DNA from: a virus
Taxonomy: Duplodnaviria; Caudoviricetes
IMG/VR virus record: IMGVR_UViG_3300020045_005296
Coordinates: 1 to 30,300 of that record
Length of the DNA: 30,300 nucleotides
Strand: one strand, 5' to 3'
Positions within the stretch are counted from its first letter, which is position 1; every line of letters starts with the position of its first letter. The position numbers and the translations under genes are program-made. Below, piece by piece: positions 14,972-23,574 of this stretch. The notes beneath the pieces were generated by a model that saw nothing but the letters and a program-made list of their open reading frames with translations, made no database searches and was not told the origin of the DNA.

Positions 14972-16375
14972 ATGAATGATTTAGTTGTTTATGAAGAAAG
15001 CGAAGAAGATGATTTTTATGAAATCATTTTAACGCCTCCACAATCTGATTTTTATATGGGTTTGGAAAAATACAAATTGTTCGTTGCTGGAATGGGCACA
15101 GGCAAATCTTTCACTATGGCTCTGTGCGCCGTGTCTGATTTAATTAATTTTGCAGGTGCGAATATTGGCGTTTATGCTCCAACATTTGACTTATTACACT
15201 TAATCGCAATGCCTTACATTGCAGAGATTTTGTCATATGGCGGTTATAAATATAAATTAAATGTTTCGGATAAAATGTTTTATGTAGAAGGCTACGGAAA
15301 TATTATTTGTCGCTCTATGGATAATCCCGCCACGATTGTTGGTTATGAAGTATTTAGAAGCCATTGTGATGAAATGGACACAATGGTGCAAAAGAAAGCG
15401 AATGACGCTTGGAATAAAGTTATAGCAAGAAATCGCCAAAAGATTTTTGTTTTAGATAGCGATGGAAATAAAATACCGAAATTAGACGACAGTGGGAATC
15501 AGATAATTGATAGAGGCGTTTTAAAATGGCACGAAGAACCAAACGGTGTAAACGCATACACCACTCCTGAAGGCTTTCGCTTTTGTTACGATAGATGGGT
15601 TAAAAAGAAAAAAGAGGGCGATGGATACGCAATTTATAAAGCCTCCACTCGATCTAATCCGCATTTACCTGATGATTATATTCAAAATATGTTGGATACA
15701 TATCCCGCTGAATTAATCGAGGCTTACATTGAAGGTGAATTTACAAACCTCACAAGCGGCTGTGTTTATCGCAAATATGATAGAAAACTGAATAGGTCAA
15801 ATGAAATTGTCGAAGGCAATGAAACCATTTATGTCGGAATGGACTTTAACGTCGAACACGGGGCGGCGGTGATCCACGTAAGGCGCTATAATGGTGATCA
15901 TGCTGTTGACGAAATAACGGATAGCTACGACACAGACGACACAATAAGAATTTTAAAGGAGCGTTATCCAAATAATAAAATTTATGTTTATCCAGATGCT
16001 TCAGGTGCAAAAAGGTCTTCAGGCGCGTCTAATGGTGTTGATTCCAAAGGCGCGGCTACAGCTACCGATTTGGCAAAATTAAGAAAGGCAAAATTTACTG
16101 TCCTTGTTGATAGCAAAAACCCATTAATTAAAGATAGAGTTGCAGCAGTTCAAGCGCGTTTGTGTAATGGTAGCGGAAAAAGATTTTATTTTGTAAATGC
16201 TGAAAAATGCCCTAATGTTGTTGAGACATTAGAGCAACAAGTTTATAAAAATGGCGTCCCTGATAAATCAGCAGGGCTTGACCACATAGGTGATTGCGTT
16301 GGATATTATTTAGCGAAAACACACCCAATTGAAAAACCAGTTCACGGTTATTTAACTAATTTAAAAGGTAGATAA
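14972..16375 (+). CDS. terL: Terminase large subunit
   Basis: Q motif (LTPPQ), Walker A AGMGTGKS, Walker B HCDEMD, motif III YTTPEG, nuclease motifs VGMDFN, YPDASG and DHIGD. Confidence 0.96.
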   Translation: MNDLVVYEESEEDDFYEIILTPPQSDFYMGLEKYKLFVAGMGTGKSFTMALCAVSDLINFAGANIGVYAPTFDLLHLIAMPYIAEILSYGGYKYKLNVSDKMFYVEGYGNIICRSMDNPATIVGYEVFRSHCDEMDTMVQKKANDAWNKVIARNRQKIFVLDSDGNKIPKLDDSGNQIIDRGVLKWHEEPNGVNAYTTPEGFRFCYDRWVKKKKEGDGYAIYKASTRSNPHLPDDYIQNMLDTYPAELIEAYIEGEFTNLTSGCVYRKYDRKLNRSNEIVEGNETIYVGMDFNVEHGAAVIHVRRYNGDHAVDEITDSYDTDDTIRILKERYPNNKIYVYPDASGAKRSSGASNGVDSKGAATATDLAKLRKAKFTVLVDSKNPLIKDRVAAVQARLCNGSGKRFYFVNAEKCPNVVETLEQQVYKNGVPDKSAGLDHIGDCVGYYLAKTHPIEKPVHGYLTNLKGR

Positions 16376-16377
16376 AA

Positions 16378-17859
16378 ATGTCAGCAGTTCAAGAAAGAAA
16401 TAAACTTTATACAGATGCAATTTATCAGCGTAAATTAGGCCGTGATTCTGCCAAAGGTTCGCCAGCAATAAAAAGAAATAATCTTTTGTATTTGCCAATG
16501 CCCAAGGGTTACGATTTGTTTATTGAAGCGCCTAGTTTTACTCAAATCTCCACACAGAATAAAGACGCTTTAGATTTTATTCAAAACGCGCCGTGGTATC
16601 ACACAAACCGTGCGTATAGTGCTTATTTGCAAAGAGCGCGCTACCCTGAATTTGTTATGGTTGCAAGAAATGGCTTGGTTGGCATTGCAACTAAACAAAA
16701 GCCAGAAATAAAACTGCCAAGTGTAATCAATTACTTAATTGAAGACGCTGGGCGCAATAAAGAAAGTTTAATTTCAATTTTTGTTTTGCTTATTGCTGAA
16801 ACATTAACACAGGGAAACGTTTTTCCAATTTTGAACGTGAACAAACAAGATAATAAATTTTTCATTGATGTTGTGACCGCTGAAGAGGCTATAGACTGGG
16901 AAGAATCTCAGGGTGGCGATGGGGTTAGTCTTTTTAATATAATGCGCACAGTTGAAGAGCGCGATTCAGTTGATAAATTTAAAAAAGAGCAATGCATTTA
17001 TAATTATGTTTTGTTTAAAGAAAAAGAACAGTTAAAAATTGAAGTATATAAAGATGGCGTTTTAGAAGATGATGCCACTCCAAGCATGCAAGGCCGCGTA
17101 TTTGATCGCGTCCCTGTTTTCCCTATTGGCGCAGTGCAAAATATTTGTGCGCCACAAACAGCGCCATTAAATGGCCTAGCTGAAATTTGTTTAGCAATTT
17201 TTAGAAAAGACGCGGATTTATCAAACGCGCAATATATGACTTGCAACCCAAATTTGGTTATCACTGGCGTTTCTGAAAGTGCTCCAAATTCTGGATATGG
17301 TGACGACCCGAACAATGAGCTAGATGACGAATTCAAAGGTGAAAGCGGAATGATTCCCGTGGTCGCTGGCTCACAAGTTGCGATGCAATTTTCAAATGAG
17401 AATGCAAAAGTTTTTTATACCGAAACAGATACAAGCGCGCTAGATCACATGTTAAATGCAATTGAAAAACTTTTTAACGAAGCGGCAATTTATAGTCTTT
17501 CGTTAACTGGTAAAGACATGGGGCAAAAAGAAGCTGAAGGCACTGTAAAAATGCGCCAAGGTTTTCAATCCGCGACACTCATCACGGTTGTGAAAAATGT
17601 TGTTGAGCAATTGACGCACCTTTTGCAATATGCCGCTGAAATTGAAGGTGCAAATCCTGAAGATGTAGAATTTAAAGTAAATTTTGATTTTTCCGATAAA
17701 ACAATTTCAACCGAGTTTTTTAAGGCGTTGGTGCAACTTTTTGTTTCGCGTGGCATATCCCTTGAAACGTTATTAAATGCAGCAATTCAAGCCGGTGTGA
17801 ATATAGAAGATGTTCAAGCAGAGATTGGCCGCATTAATGATATGGAACCAACCGTTTAA
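16378..17859 (+). CDS. Portal protein (DUF4055-like)
   Basis: Position after TerL, 493 aa, LYLP...YSAYLQRA...GLVG...P motif and C-terminal ISLET helix. Confidence 0.88.
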   Translation: MSAVQERNKLYTDAIYQRKLGRDSAKGSPAIKRNNLLYLPMPKGYDLFIEAPSFTQISTQNKDALDFIQNAPWYHTNRAYSAYLQRARYPEFVMVARNGLVGIATKQKPEIKLPSVINYLIEDAGRNKESLISIFVLLIAETLTQGNVFPILNVNKQDNKFFIDVVTAEEAIDWEESQGGDGVSLFNIMRTVEERDSVDKFKKEQCIYNYVLFKEKEQLKIEVYKDGVLEDDATPSMQGRVFDRVPVFPIGAVQNICAPQTAPLNGLAEICLAIFRKDADLSNAQYMTCNPNLVITGVSESAPNSGYGDDPNNELDDEFKGESGMIPVVAGSQVAMQFSNENAKVFYTETDTSALDHMLNAIEKLFNEAAIYSLSLTGKDMGQKEAEGTVKMRQGFQSATLITVVKNVVEQLTHLLQYAAEIEGANPEDVEFKVNFDFSDKTISTEFFKALVQLFVSRGISLETLLNAAIQAGVNIEDVQAEIGRINDMEPTV

Positions 17860-18965
17860 TGGATAACGTCACTAAAGAATATTTAAAAAGGCAAATCGCA
17901 CTACTTCGCGCTGCTGAAGGGGACGCGATTGCTTTTTCAGGAATACTTGATAAAATTTTAGCGAGAGTCACAAATTTAGTCGGTATTAAATATTCGCCAG
18001 ATATGACAGCGAAGTCGGTGGAAAAATTATTAGGAGAAGTTTCGACACTGATAAAACCTTTTTACACTGATGCTTTCAAAACTGAATTATTCCAAATTTC
18101 TGAAATTGTTGCGGCTTCTGAAATTGCATTTAATGTAAAAACTTTTAGCTCTTTGGTTGGAGTAGATGCAAATAAAATTGTAAAACCAGCGTTAAAAACT
18201 GCGATTAAAACAATTAATAAAGCTGAAATATCGGGAAAAACATTTAATGATTGGATTGATCGCAGTTTTTTAGGTTATCGGTCGCAAGTTAAAAGCATTA
18301 TTAATGACGGTATTTTAGAAGGCGAATCAATTGCCGAAACTGTTTTTAAAATAAAGAATTTAAATGCTGGAAGTGTTCGCGATACAAAAGCAATCGTGCG
18401 CTCTTATACGATGGGTGTGGCCGCTGAGTCTCGAAAACAAATAGCAGCGTTAAACCCTGATATTGTTGGGGGCTGGGTTTGGAATTCGACCCTAGATTAC
18501 CGCACTACATGGGACATTTGCGGCGTTCGCGATCAATTACGGTACACATTGGACTATAAACCCATAGGCCACTCTTTACCGTGGCTTGCGGGGGCTGGTA
18601 GAATACACTTTAATTGTCGCTCGATTGCAATCCCAATTATTAGGGGCGTGAATAGCGAATATTCTCGCCCTTATGTTGGGGCTGGCGACAATTACGAAAG
18701 AGGTGATAATTTAACGCGAAATGGAACTGTTAGAAAACCAACAAAACCAAATCGCGATAAAGAAATTTTTGAAATTAAGCGCGTTACAACGTTAACGCGC
18801 TATGAAGGATTTTTAAAAGCAGAAGCAAAAAAGAATATAGATTTTGTTGCTGATATTTTAAAAAGTAAAGAAGACGCTATATTGCTACGTGATGGAAAAA
18901 CGACTCTTTTAGAGTTAGCAAAAACAAACCCAGCTTTTAACCCAACAAACAGAAACCAATTATAG
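17859..18965 (+). CDS. Minor head / head morphogenesis protein (Mu gpF, SPP1 gp7-like)
   Basis: WNSTLDYRTT...C..RD and HFNCRS motifs. Confidence 0.92.
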   Translation: MDNVTKEYLKRQIALLRAAEGDAIAFSGILDKILARVTNLVGIKYSPDMTAKSVEKLLGEVSTLIKPFYTDAFKTELFQISEIVAASEIAFNVKTFSSLVGVDANKIVKPALKTAIKTINKAEISGKTFNDWIDRSFLGYRSQVKSIINDGILEGESIAETVFKIKNLNAGSVRDTKAIVRSYTMGVAAESRKQIAALNPDIVGGWVWNSTLDYRTTWDICGVRDQLRYTLDYKPIGHSLPWLAGAGRIHFNCRSIAIPIIRGVNSEYSRPYVGAGDNYERGDNLTRNGTVRKPTKPNRDKEIFEIKRVTTLTRYEGFLKAEAKKNIDFVADILKSKEDAILLRDGKTTLLELAKTNPAFNPTNRNQL

Positions 18966-18974
18966 GTAAAAATT

Positions 18975-19174
18975 ATGAAAGACTATGCCCCGCACCAACA
19001 AAGAGTTATTGAAGAAAAAGCCGCTATTGATGAAAACATCAATAAGTTAAATTTATTTTCTCAACTGAAATTTTCAAACAGTTGTCAGATGAAGAAAAAG
19101 GTTTGATGAATGCACAATATTATGTGATGCGCGATCTTTCAGACATTTTGAGACAGCGCATTAATTTGTTTTAA
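18975..19174 (+). pseudogene. crAss001_48-like helical hairpin protein split by a -1 shift
   Basis: MKDYAPHQQRVIEEKAAIDENINKLNLF in frame 0, then STEIFKQLSDEEKGLMNAQYYVMRDLSDILRQRINLF* in the -1 frame. Confidence 0.75.
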
Positions 19175-19215
19175 TAAAATTTAATTTTAACTTTAAATAA
19201 CTCAGGTGAACAATC

Positions 19216-20067
19216 ATGTGGATCATTGATAAATTCGGCAACAAAGTTTGGCAACCAATAAAAAACGCTCGCATAGCTCGCATGATGAGCCGCGTATTTT
19301 TTGAAGGCGAAGGTGGTGAAGGTGGTGGCGGTGGTGGCGAAAAAACACCAGAGCAAATTTTTCAGGAAAAACTTGATGCTGCTGTTGCTGAAAAAGTCGC
19401 TGGCTTAAAATCAAATAATCAACAATTGCTTGAAGAAAACAGAGAAGCAAAACGCATCAAAGCTGCTTTGGATAAGTTAGGCGGCGAAGAAGGTGTTTCT
19501 AAACTTTCTGAATTCCAAAAGAAAATTGCAAACGATGAAATTTTAACACTACACTCGCAAGGCAAACACGAAGAAGCCACCCACAAAATCACGGAACGCT
19601 TAACGCTAGAGCATAATGCTGAAAAACAAACGCTTTCAAAAACGCTAGAAGAAAAAGATCTAGTTATTAGTTCTCAAGCGGAACAATTAAATAAATTAAT
19701 TATTGACGGTGAAACCTCGCGTGAATTTGTTGCTGAAAAAGGTAGAGATACAGCTTTACCAGATGTTATGCGCCGCGTTCGGGAAGTGTTCAAAGTTGAA
19801 AACGGTCAAGCGGTAGCACGTAATGAAAAAGGCGAATTAGTGGCGGGCGAAAGCGGTGCCCCGTTAAATGTCAAAGAATATATTCAGGGCTTGCGCAAAA
19901 CCGCACCACACTTGTTCCCTGAATCTGAAGGGTTAGACCTAAAAACTGGCGCTGATGGTAAGGGCTTAACCTATGAACAGCGATTGTCAGAAGCGGCTAA
20001 AAAGGGTGGCGCTGAATTGCGTAGAGTTGAGGCTTTGATCGCTGAAGAAAAGAAAAAAGCCCGCTAA
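19216..20067 (+). CDS. Capsid scaffolding protein
   Basis: Position before the MCP; Gly-rich N-terminal linker, charged coiled coil, APHLFP motif. Confidence 0.85.
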   Translation: MWIIDKFGNKVWQPIKNARIARMMSRVFFEGEGGEGGGGGGEKTPEQIFQEKLDAAVAEKVAGLKSNNQQLLEENREAKRIKAALDKLGGEEGVSKLSEFQKKIANDEILTLHSQGKHEEATHKITERLTLEHNAEKQTLSKTLEEKDLVISSQAEQLNKLIIDGETSREFVAEKGRDTALPDVMRRVREVFKVENGQAVARNEKGELVAGESGAPLNVKEYIQGLRKTAPHLFPESEGLDLKTGADGKGLTYEQRLSEAAKKGGAELRRVEALIAEEKKKAR

Positions 20068-20081
20068 CAGAAATATTTATT

Positions 20082-20110
20082 AAAAGCCACTTGATAGTGG
20101 CTTTTTTTTT
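20082..20110 (+). terminator. Intrinsic terminator after scaffold gene
   Basis: AAAAGCCACT-TGAT-AGTGGCTTTT followed by additional Ts (T9 run). Confidence 0.85.
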
Positions 20111-20119
20111 GTCTATAGT
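20091..20119 (+). promoter_or_regulatory. Sigma70-type promoter overlapping the terminator
   Basis: TTGATA (20091-20096), 17 nt, TATAGT (20114-20119). Confidence 0.7.
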
Positions 20120-20125
20120 TCCGCT

Positions 20126-20351
20126 ATCTGGAAAAGTTTACTAGCAAAGCGGTAGCCGCTTAGCTTGTCGGGTTTTGGTTTCGTTGGCAGGGTCAACAAT
20201 CAAAGGCTGATTAACCAGACAGAGTTTCACAGCTCCATTGTTAAGCCAGAGGCTTTGCATTGTAAAAAATCAAATTCACTTCTATTGGTGGATTCCGTTT
20301 TTTGCACTGCAAAACCGCGAATCCCGAAAATTATTTTGAGGATTCAAAAAA
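20126..20351 (+). ncRNA. Candidate structured RNA / 5' leader of the major capsid gene
   Basis: Several nested helices with G-U pairs that are valid on the + strand, closed by a long-range stem 20168-20181/20312-20327; no known family recognised. Confidence 0.55.
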
Positions 20352-21497
20352 ATGGCTAACGCATGGGAACAAATTGATTGGATTGGTGCAAAATCATTAA
20401 ATATTTTGACCGACTCGCTTGTCTTAAAAAACGCTTGCTCTTTCGATAACACTTCAGATTTTAACGTAAAACCTAACGGCTACGCTGTTGGTTCCACTAT
20501 CGAAATGCGCACCAATCCTGCTTACAAAGCAAAAGAATTCACCACGACTACGGAAGTACAAGACATTCGTTCTTCTGTTCGCAATATGTCAATTGAAAAA
20601 CATTTTGATGTGACTGTTGAATTGACTTCTAAAGAAATGCGCTTGGATATGGATAACTTTTATTTACAAGTTATCAAGCCTTCTGTCACAACAATTGCTG
20701 AATCTGTTGAGTCATATCTTGGTACGAAAATTACTGATGGCGCCGGCCTTTACTCTTCCGCTGATTTATTTGGCACTGCTGCTGATATGGCGCTTGCCAA
20801 AAAAGCTGCAACTTTTCAACAACTTTCCCCCACTGGCCGTTTTTGTGTTGTGAATGATGCGCTTGAGGCGAAATTGCTGGGCGCAACTTATTTTAATACT
20901 TTCAATTCACGCGGCGAAACTGGTGAAAGTGTTTTCAACACTGGCGCTCTTGGTCGTGCGTTTAATATGGATTTTGTTTCTTCGCTTTACATGCCATCGT
21001 TAACGTTTACCGCTGGTACTGGTGTCGGTGTTACAAATAACACAGCAGGCGCGACAAATAAAATCGGTATGACCACATTAACAACTACCGCCACTATCAC
21101 GGGCACAATTAAAGCTGGTGATCGCGTTAAAATTGCGGGCGTTCGTCGCCCTTTGCGTGTTTCAACTCTTGCAAATATTGGTGCAACTTCAATTTTGCTT
21201 TCTGACCCAATTACTGAAATCATTCCAGATGCCGCAGCTATTACCGTGGTTAGTTCGGGCGCAACTTATGACGTTCAAGGCGCAATCTTTGACGATGCGA
21301 GCTTGGCAATTGCGATGCCTGTTCTTGATCCAGCAGCGGGTCAACCAACTTCAATTTTATCTGAAAATGGTGTGAGCATTCGCGTTGTGCAAGGTTACAA
21401 CATGTCAACCAAAAAACACACAATGTCTTTTGACACTATTGTAGGTGCGGCGGCATACGATAACCGCAGAATCACATTAATTGCTGATAACGCATAA
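20352..21497 (+). CDS. Major capsid protein (P22 coat-like family)
   Basis: MAN...I...L..L...LV N-terminus, VGSTI, C-terminal GVSIRVVQGY...MSFDTIVGA; GAGG RBS; followed by a terminator. Confidence 0.9.
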   Translation: MANAWEQIDWIGAKSLNILTDSLVLKNACSFDNTSDFNVKPNGYAVGSTIEMRTNPAYKAKEFTTTTEVQDIRSSVRNMSIEKHFDVTVELTSKEMRLDMDNFYLQVIKPSVTTIAESVESYLGTKITDGAGLYSSADLFGTAADMALAKKAATFQQLSPTGRFCVVNDALEAKLLGATYFNTFNSRGETGESVFNTGALGRAFNMDFVSSLYMPSLTFTAGTGVGVTNNTAGATNKIGMTTLTTTATITGTIKAGDRVKIAGVRRPLRVSTLANIGATSILLSDPITEIIPDAAAITVVSSGATYDVQGAIFDDASLAIAMPVLDPAAGQPTSILSENGVSIRVVQGYNMSTKKHTMSFDTIVGAAAYDNRRITLIADNA

Positions 21498-21518
21498 TTT
21501 TTGTTTTGGCGTTGGGTT

Positions 21519-21546
21519 GTTGCGGTAGAGATACCGCAACCTTTTT
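21519..21546 (+). terminator. Intrinsic terminator after capsid gene
   Basis: GTTGCGGTA-GAGA-TACCGCAAC followed by CTTTTT. Confidence 0.85.
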
Positions 21547-21576
21547 ATCAAAAATTTTTTATTCAGGTGAATCAAA

Positions 21577-21801
21577 ATGATTCTATATGACACAGATGGA
21601 AACGCAATTAACTGCGAAAAAGATCAAGTTAAAATATTGAAAGACGCTGGTTTTACAGTTGATAAGCCAGAAGTTAAAACTGTTGATATTCAAAAACAAG
21701 GTGATTCTGTATTTGTTGAATTATCAGAAGAAGAATTTGACAAACTCACAATTAAAGAAAAAGATGTTTATTTAAAAGCGAAAAAAGCCGCTGGTAAATA
21801 A
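21577..21801 (+). CDS. Small head-associated protein (74 aa)
   Basis: CAGGTGA RBS; position directly after the MCP. Confidence 0.7.
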   Translation: MILYDTDGNAINCEKDQVKILKDAGFTVDKPEVKTVDIQKQGDSVFVELSEEEFDKLTIKEKDVYLKAKKAAGK

Positions 21802-21832
21802 TTTTTCAATCAATTAATTAAGGTTTTATAAA

Positions 21833-22138
21833 ATGGCTCCTCCCAACACAAACAACCAACATATAGACCGTAGACAAGGGGTAATGATGAGAGAAATTAT
21901 TCTTTCTTGCTTGGTTGCGATTATCGTTGGTGTCGGGAGTAGCTTGGCCACGGCTTACATATCCGTTGATAGATTACAAATAAAGTTTAAATATTTAGAA
22001 AAAAGTGTCGAATCTTTATCTGTTATCGCTACAACATTAAACCAAAATGAAGTTAGATTGGCAAAAATAGAGAGTTTGTCACAAAATCAAAATTGGCGAA
22101 TCGATAGAATAGAAGAGTCTCTAAAAAAAAATAATTAA
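21833..22138 (+). CDS. Single-TM coiled-coil protein (holin-like candidate)
   Basis: DRR, then IILSCLVAIIVGVGSSLATAYI, then a heptad coiled coil; function inferred only. Confidence 0.6.
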   Translation: MAPPNTNNQHIDRRQGVMMREIILSCLVAIIVGVGSSLATAYISVDRLQIKFKYLEKSVESLSVIATTLNQNEVRLAKIESLSQNQNWRIDRIEESLKKNN

Positions 22139-22236
22139 TTTTAATTTTTCAAATATTATTTTTATAAATGTTAGAAAATTAAAAATGCAACCTTGCGATA
22201 TCGCACTAACCAAACACATTTTATTCGGGGTGAAAA

Positions 22237-23547
22237 ATGGCATTACTTCCAATCACCGCTGATCGTGATTCAGTTGCGGATAAAATTCAGGGCAGTTATG
22301 TTGAAGTAGCCGATGGCGTTAATTTCATTGGCACCATTGCGCACGGTGAAAATGTGACGATTACCGATAGTCAGGGTAGACTTGGAACACGCTCAAACAT
22401 TAAGCCTTTAATCGTCATGATGGGCGCGTCAAAAACAAGCTCACCACTTGGACGTCTAGTTGGTGATTACTGTAATGCCGCATCTAGCTATGTTACTGGC
22501 GTTAAAAATGGCGAGCTAGCTGGCTCTATACGTCATGATTTTAAATCACCCGCAGGCAACACGGGGGCGATTTGGGGTGGCGGTTCTTTGGTGCTGGACG
22601 GTAGTAAACCGATAATCGCGTACATGGAGCGCTATTACGATTTTGATATTACTAACCCGCATCATCAAAGTAACACGTTCGAGAAAAATGGCGATTGGGC
22701 TCCACTTGCAACGCATACGATAACCATGGGCGCGAATACCGCAACATGGGTTGCGAGCGGATCGCCGACTAACGCCGAATTTCAAACCTCAATGATCGCG
22801 CAGATTAACGCCTTCACTGGTCTGCCTGATGCGGTCACTGCGAGTGTTAATGACGGCGGTATAAAAATTGTTCCGAACGTTGCAGGCACACCGATAACTG
22901 TTGCATGCTCATCAAATTTAAAGTCGTCGTCTAATTTAAAAACTAACAGAGTTTGGGCGAACCCCAGCAACACGCCTACAAATTCTAGCTCATATATCGG
23001 CTATAACGGCGCTGATCCTGCTGGATCGTATGGGACTAACTCAGCGCGTCATGTTATCGAAAACGTTGACAACGTGAGTCACTACTACAACGCAGGCGTG
23101 CCTGCTAATCAGTGGTTGTCAGAGTCATTTATTTTCAATAATTCGTCCGCAAGTGGCGTTCCCGATGGCTATTTCGAGCACTGGCGAAGCAACGTATTTC
23201 TGAACGCGGGAAAATCCGCGATGATTACATTTAAGACGGCGGGCTTCCCAAATAAACTGAAACAGTTTTTCTTAGATGAACTATCTAATGGCTTCGGGCG
23301 CGGGCTTGCTAATGCTTATGGTTATCTGTGCTACATGTGTATCGATGACGAATGGAACCAGATCTACCTTGGCGATAGCCCCGTAAAAGCCTCGTGTTCT
23401 AAGCTCATTCCGCAGCCGCAATCTTTTTGGACTAGCAACAGAGCTGATATAACTCTTATAGAGACTGAAGTAGCACTTAATGACGCTCACGTCTACGTAT
23501 GTACTGGAAAAGATACTTTCATTTATCTTGCTCCTTTGCCAGCATGA
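22237..23547 (+). CDS. Beta-rich putative virion/carbohydrate-binding protein (436 aa)
   Basis: GGGGTGA RBS; G/S/T/N- and aromatic-rich; jelly-roll-like motifs (ANQWLSE...SGVPDGYFEHW, IDD). Confidence 0.65.
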   Translation: MALLPITADRDSVADKIQGSYVEVADGVNFIGTIAHGENVTITDSQGRLGTRSNIKPLIVMMGASKTSSPLGRLVGDYCNAASSYVTGVKNGELAGSIRHDFKSPAGNTGAIWGGGSLVLDGSKPIIAYMERYYDFDITNPHHQSNTFEKNGDWAPLATHTITMGANTATWVASGSPTNAEFQTSMIAQINAFTGLPDAVTASVNDGGIKIVPNVAGTPITVACSSNLKSSSNLKTNRVWANPSNTPTNSSSYIGYNGADPAGSYGTNSARHVIENVDNVSHYYNAGVPANQWLSESFIFNNSSASGVPDGYFEHWRSNVFLNAGKSAMITFKTAGFPNKLKQFFLDELSNGFGRGLANAYGYLCYMCIDDEWNQIYLGDSPVKASCSKLIPQPQSFWTSNRADITLIETEVALNDAHVYVCTGKDTFIYLAPLPA

Positions 23548-23574
23548 TTACAATTAAATTAATAGGAGGAAATC

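Noticed and set aside
15437-15540. Intein in TerL
   Set aside because: Insertion far too short and lacks Cys/Ser start and His-Asn end.
20165-20359. 64-aa ORF between scaffold and capsid
   Set aside because: TTG start without an RBS and no protein-like motifs; the sequence is better explained by RNA pairing.
21833-22138. Complete lysis cassette
   Set aside because: Only one TM/coiled-coil protein; no endolysin or spanin recognisable in the window.
22194-22205. Perfect 12-bp palindrome TGCGATATCGCA before the inserted virion cassette
   Set aside because: Single copy with no matching site at the other end; compatible with chance.
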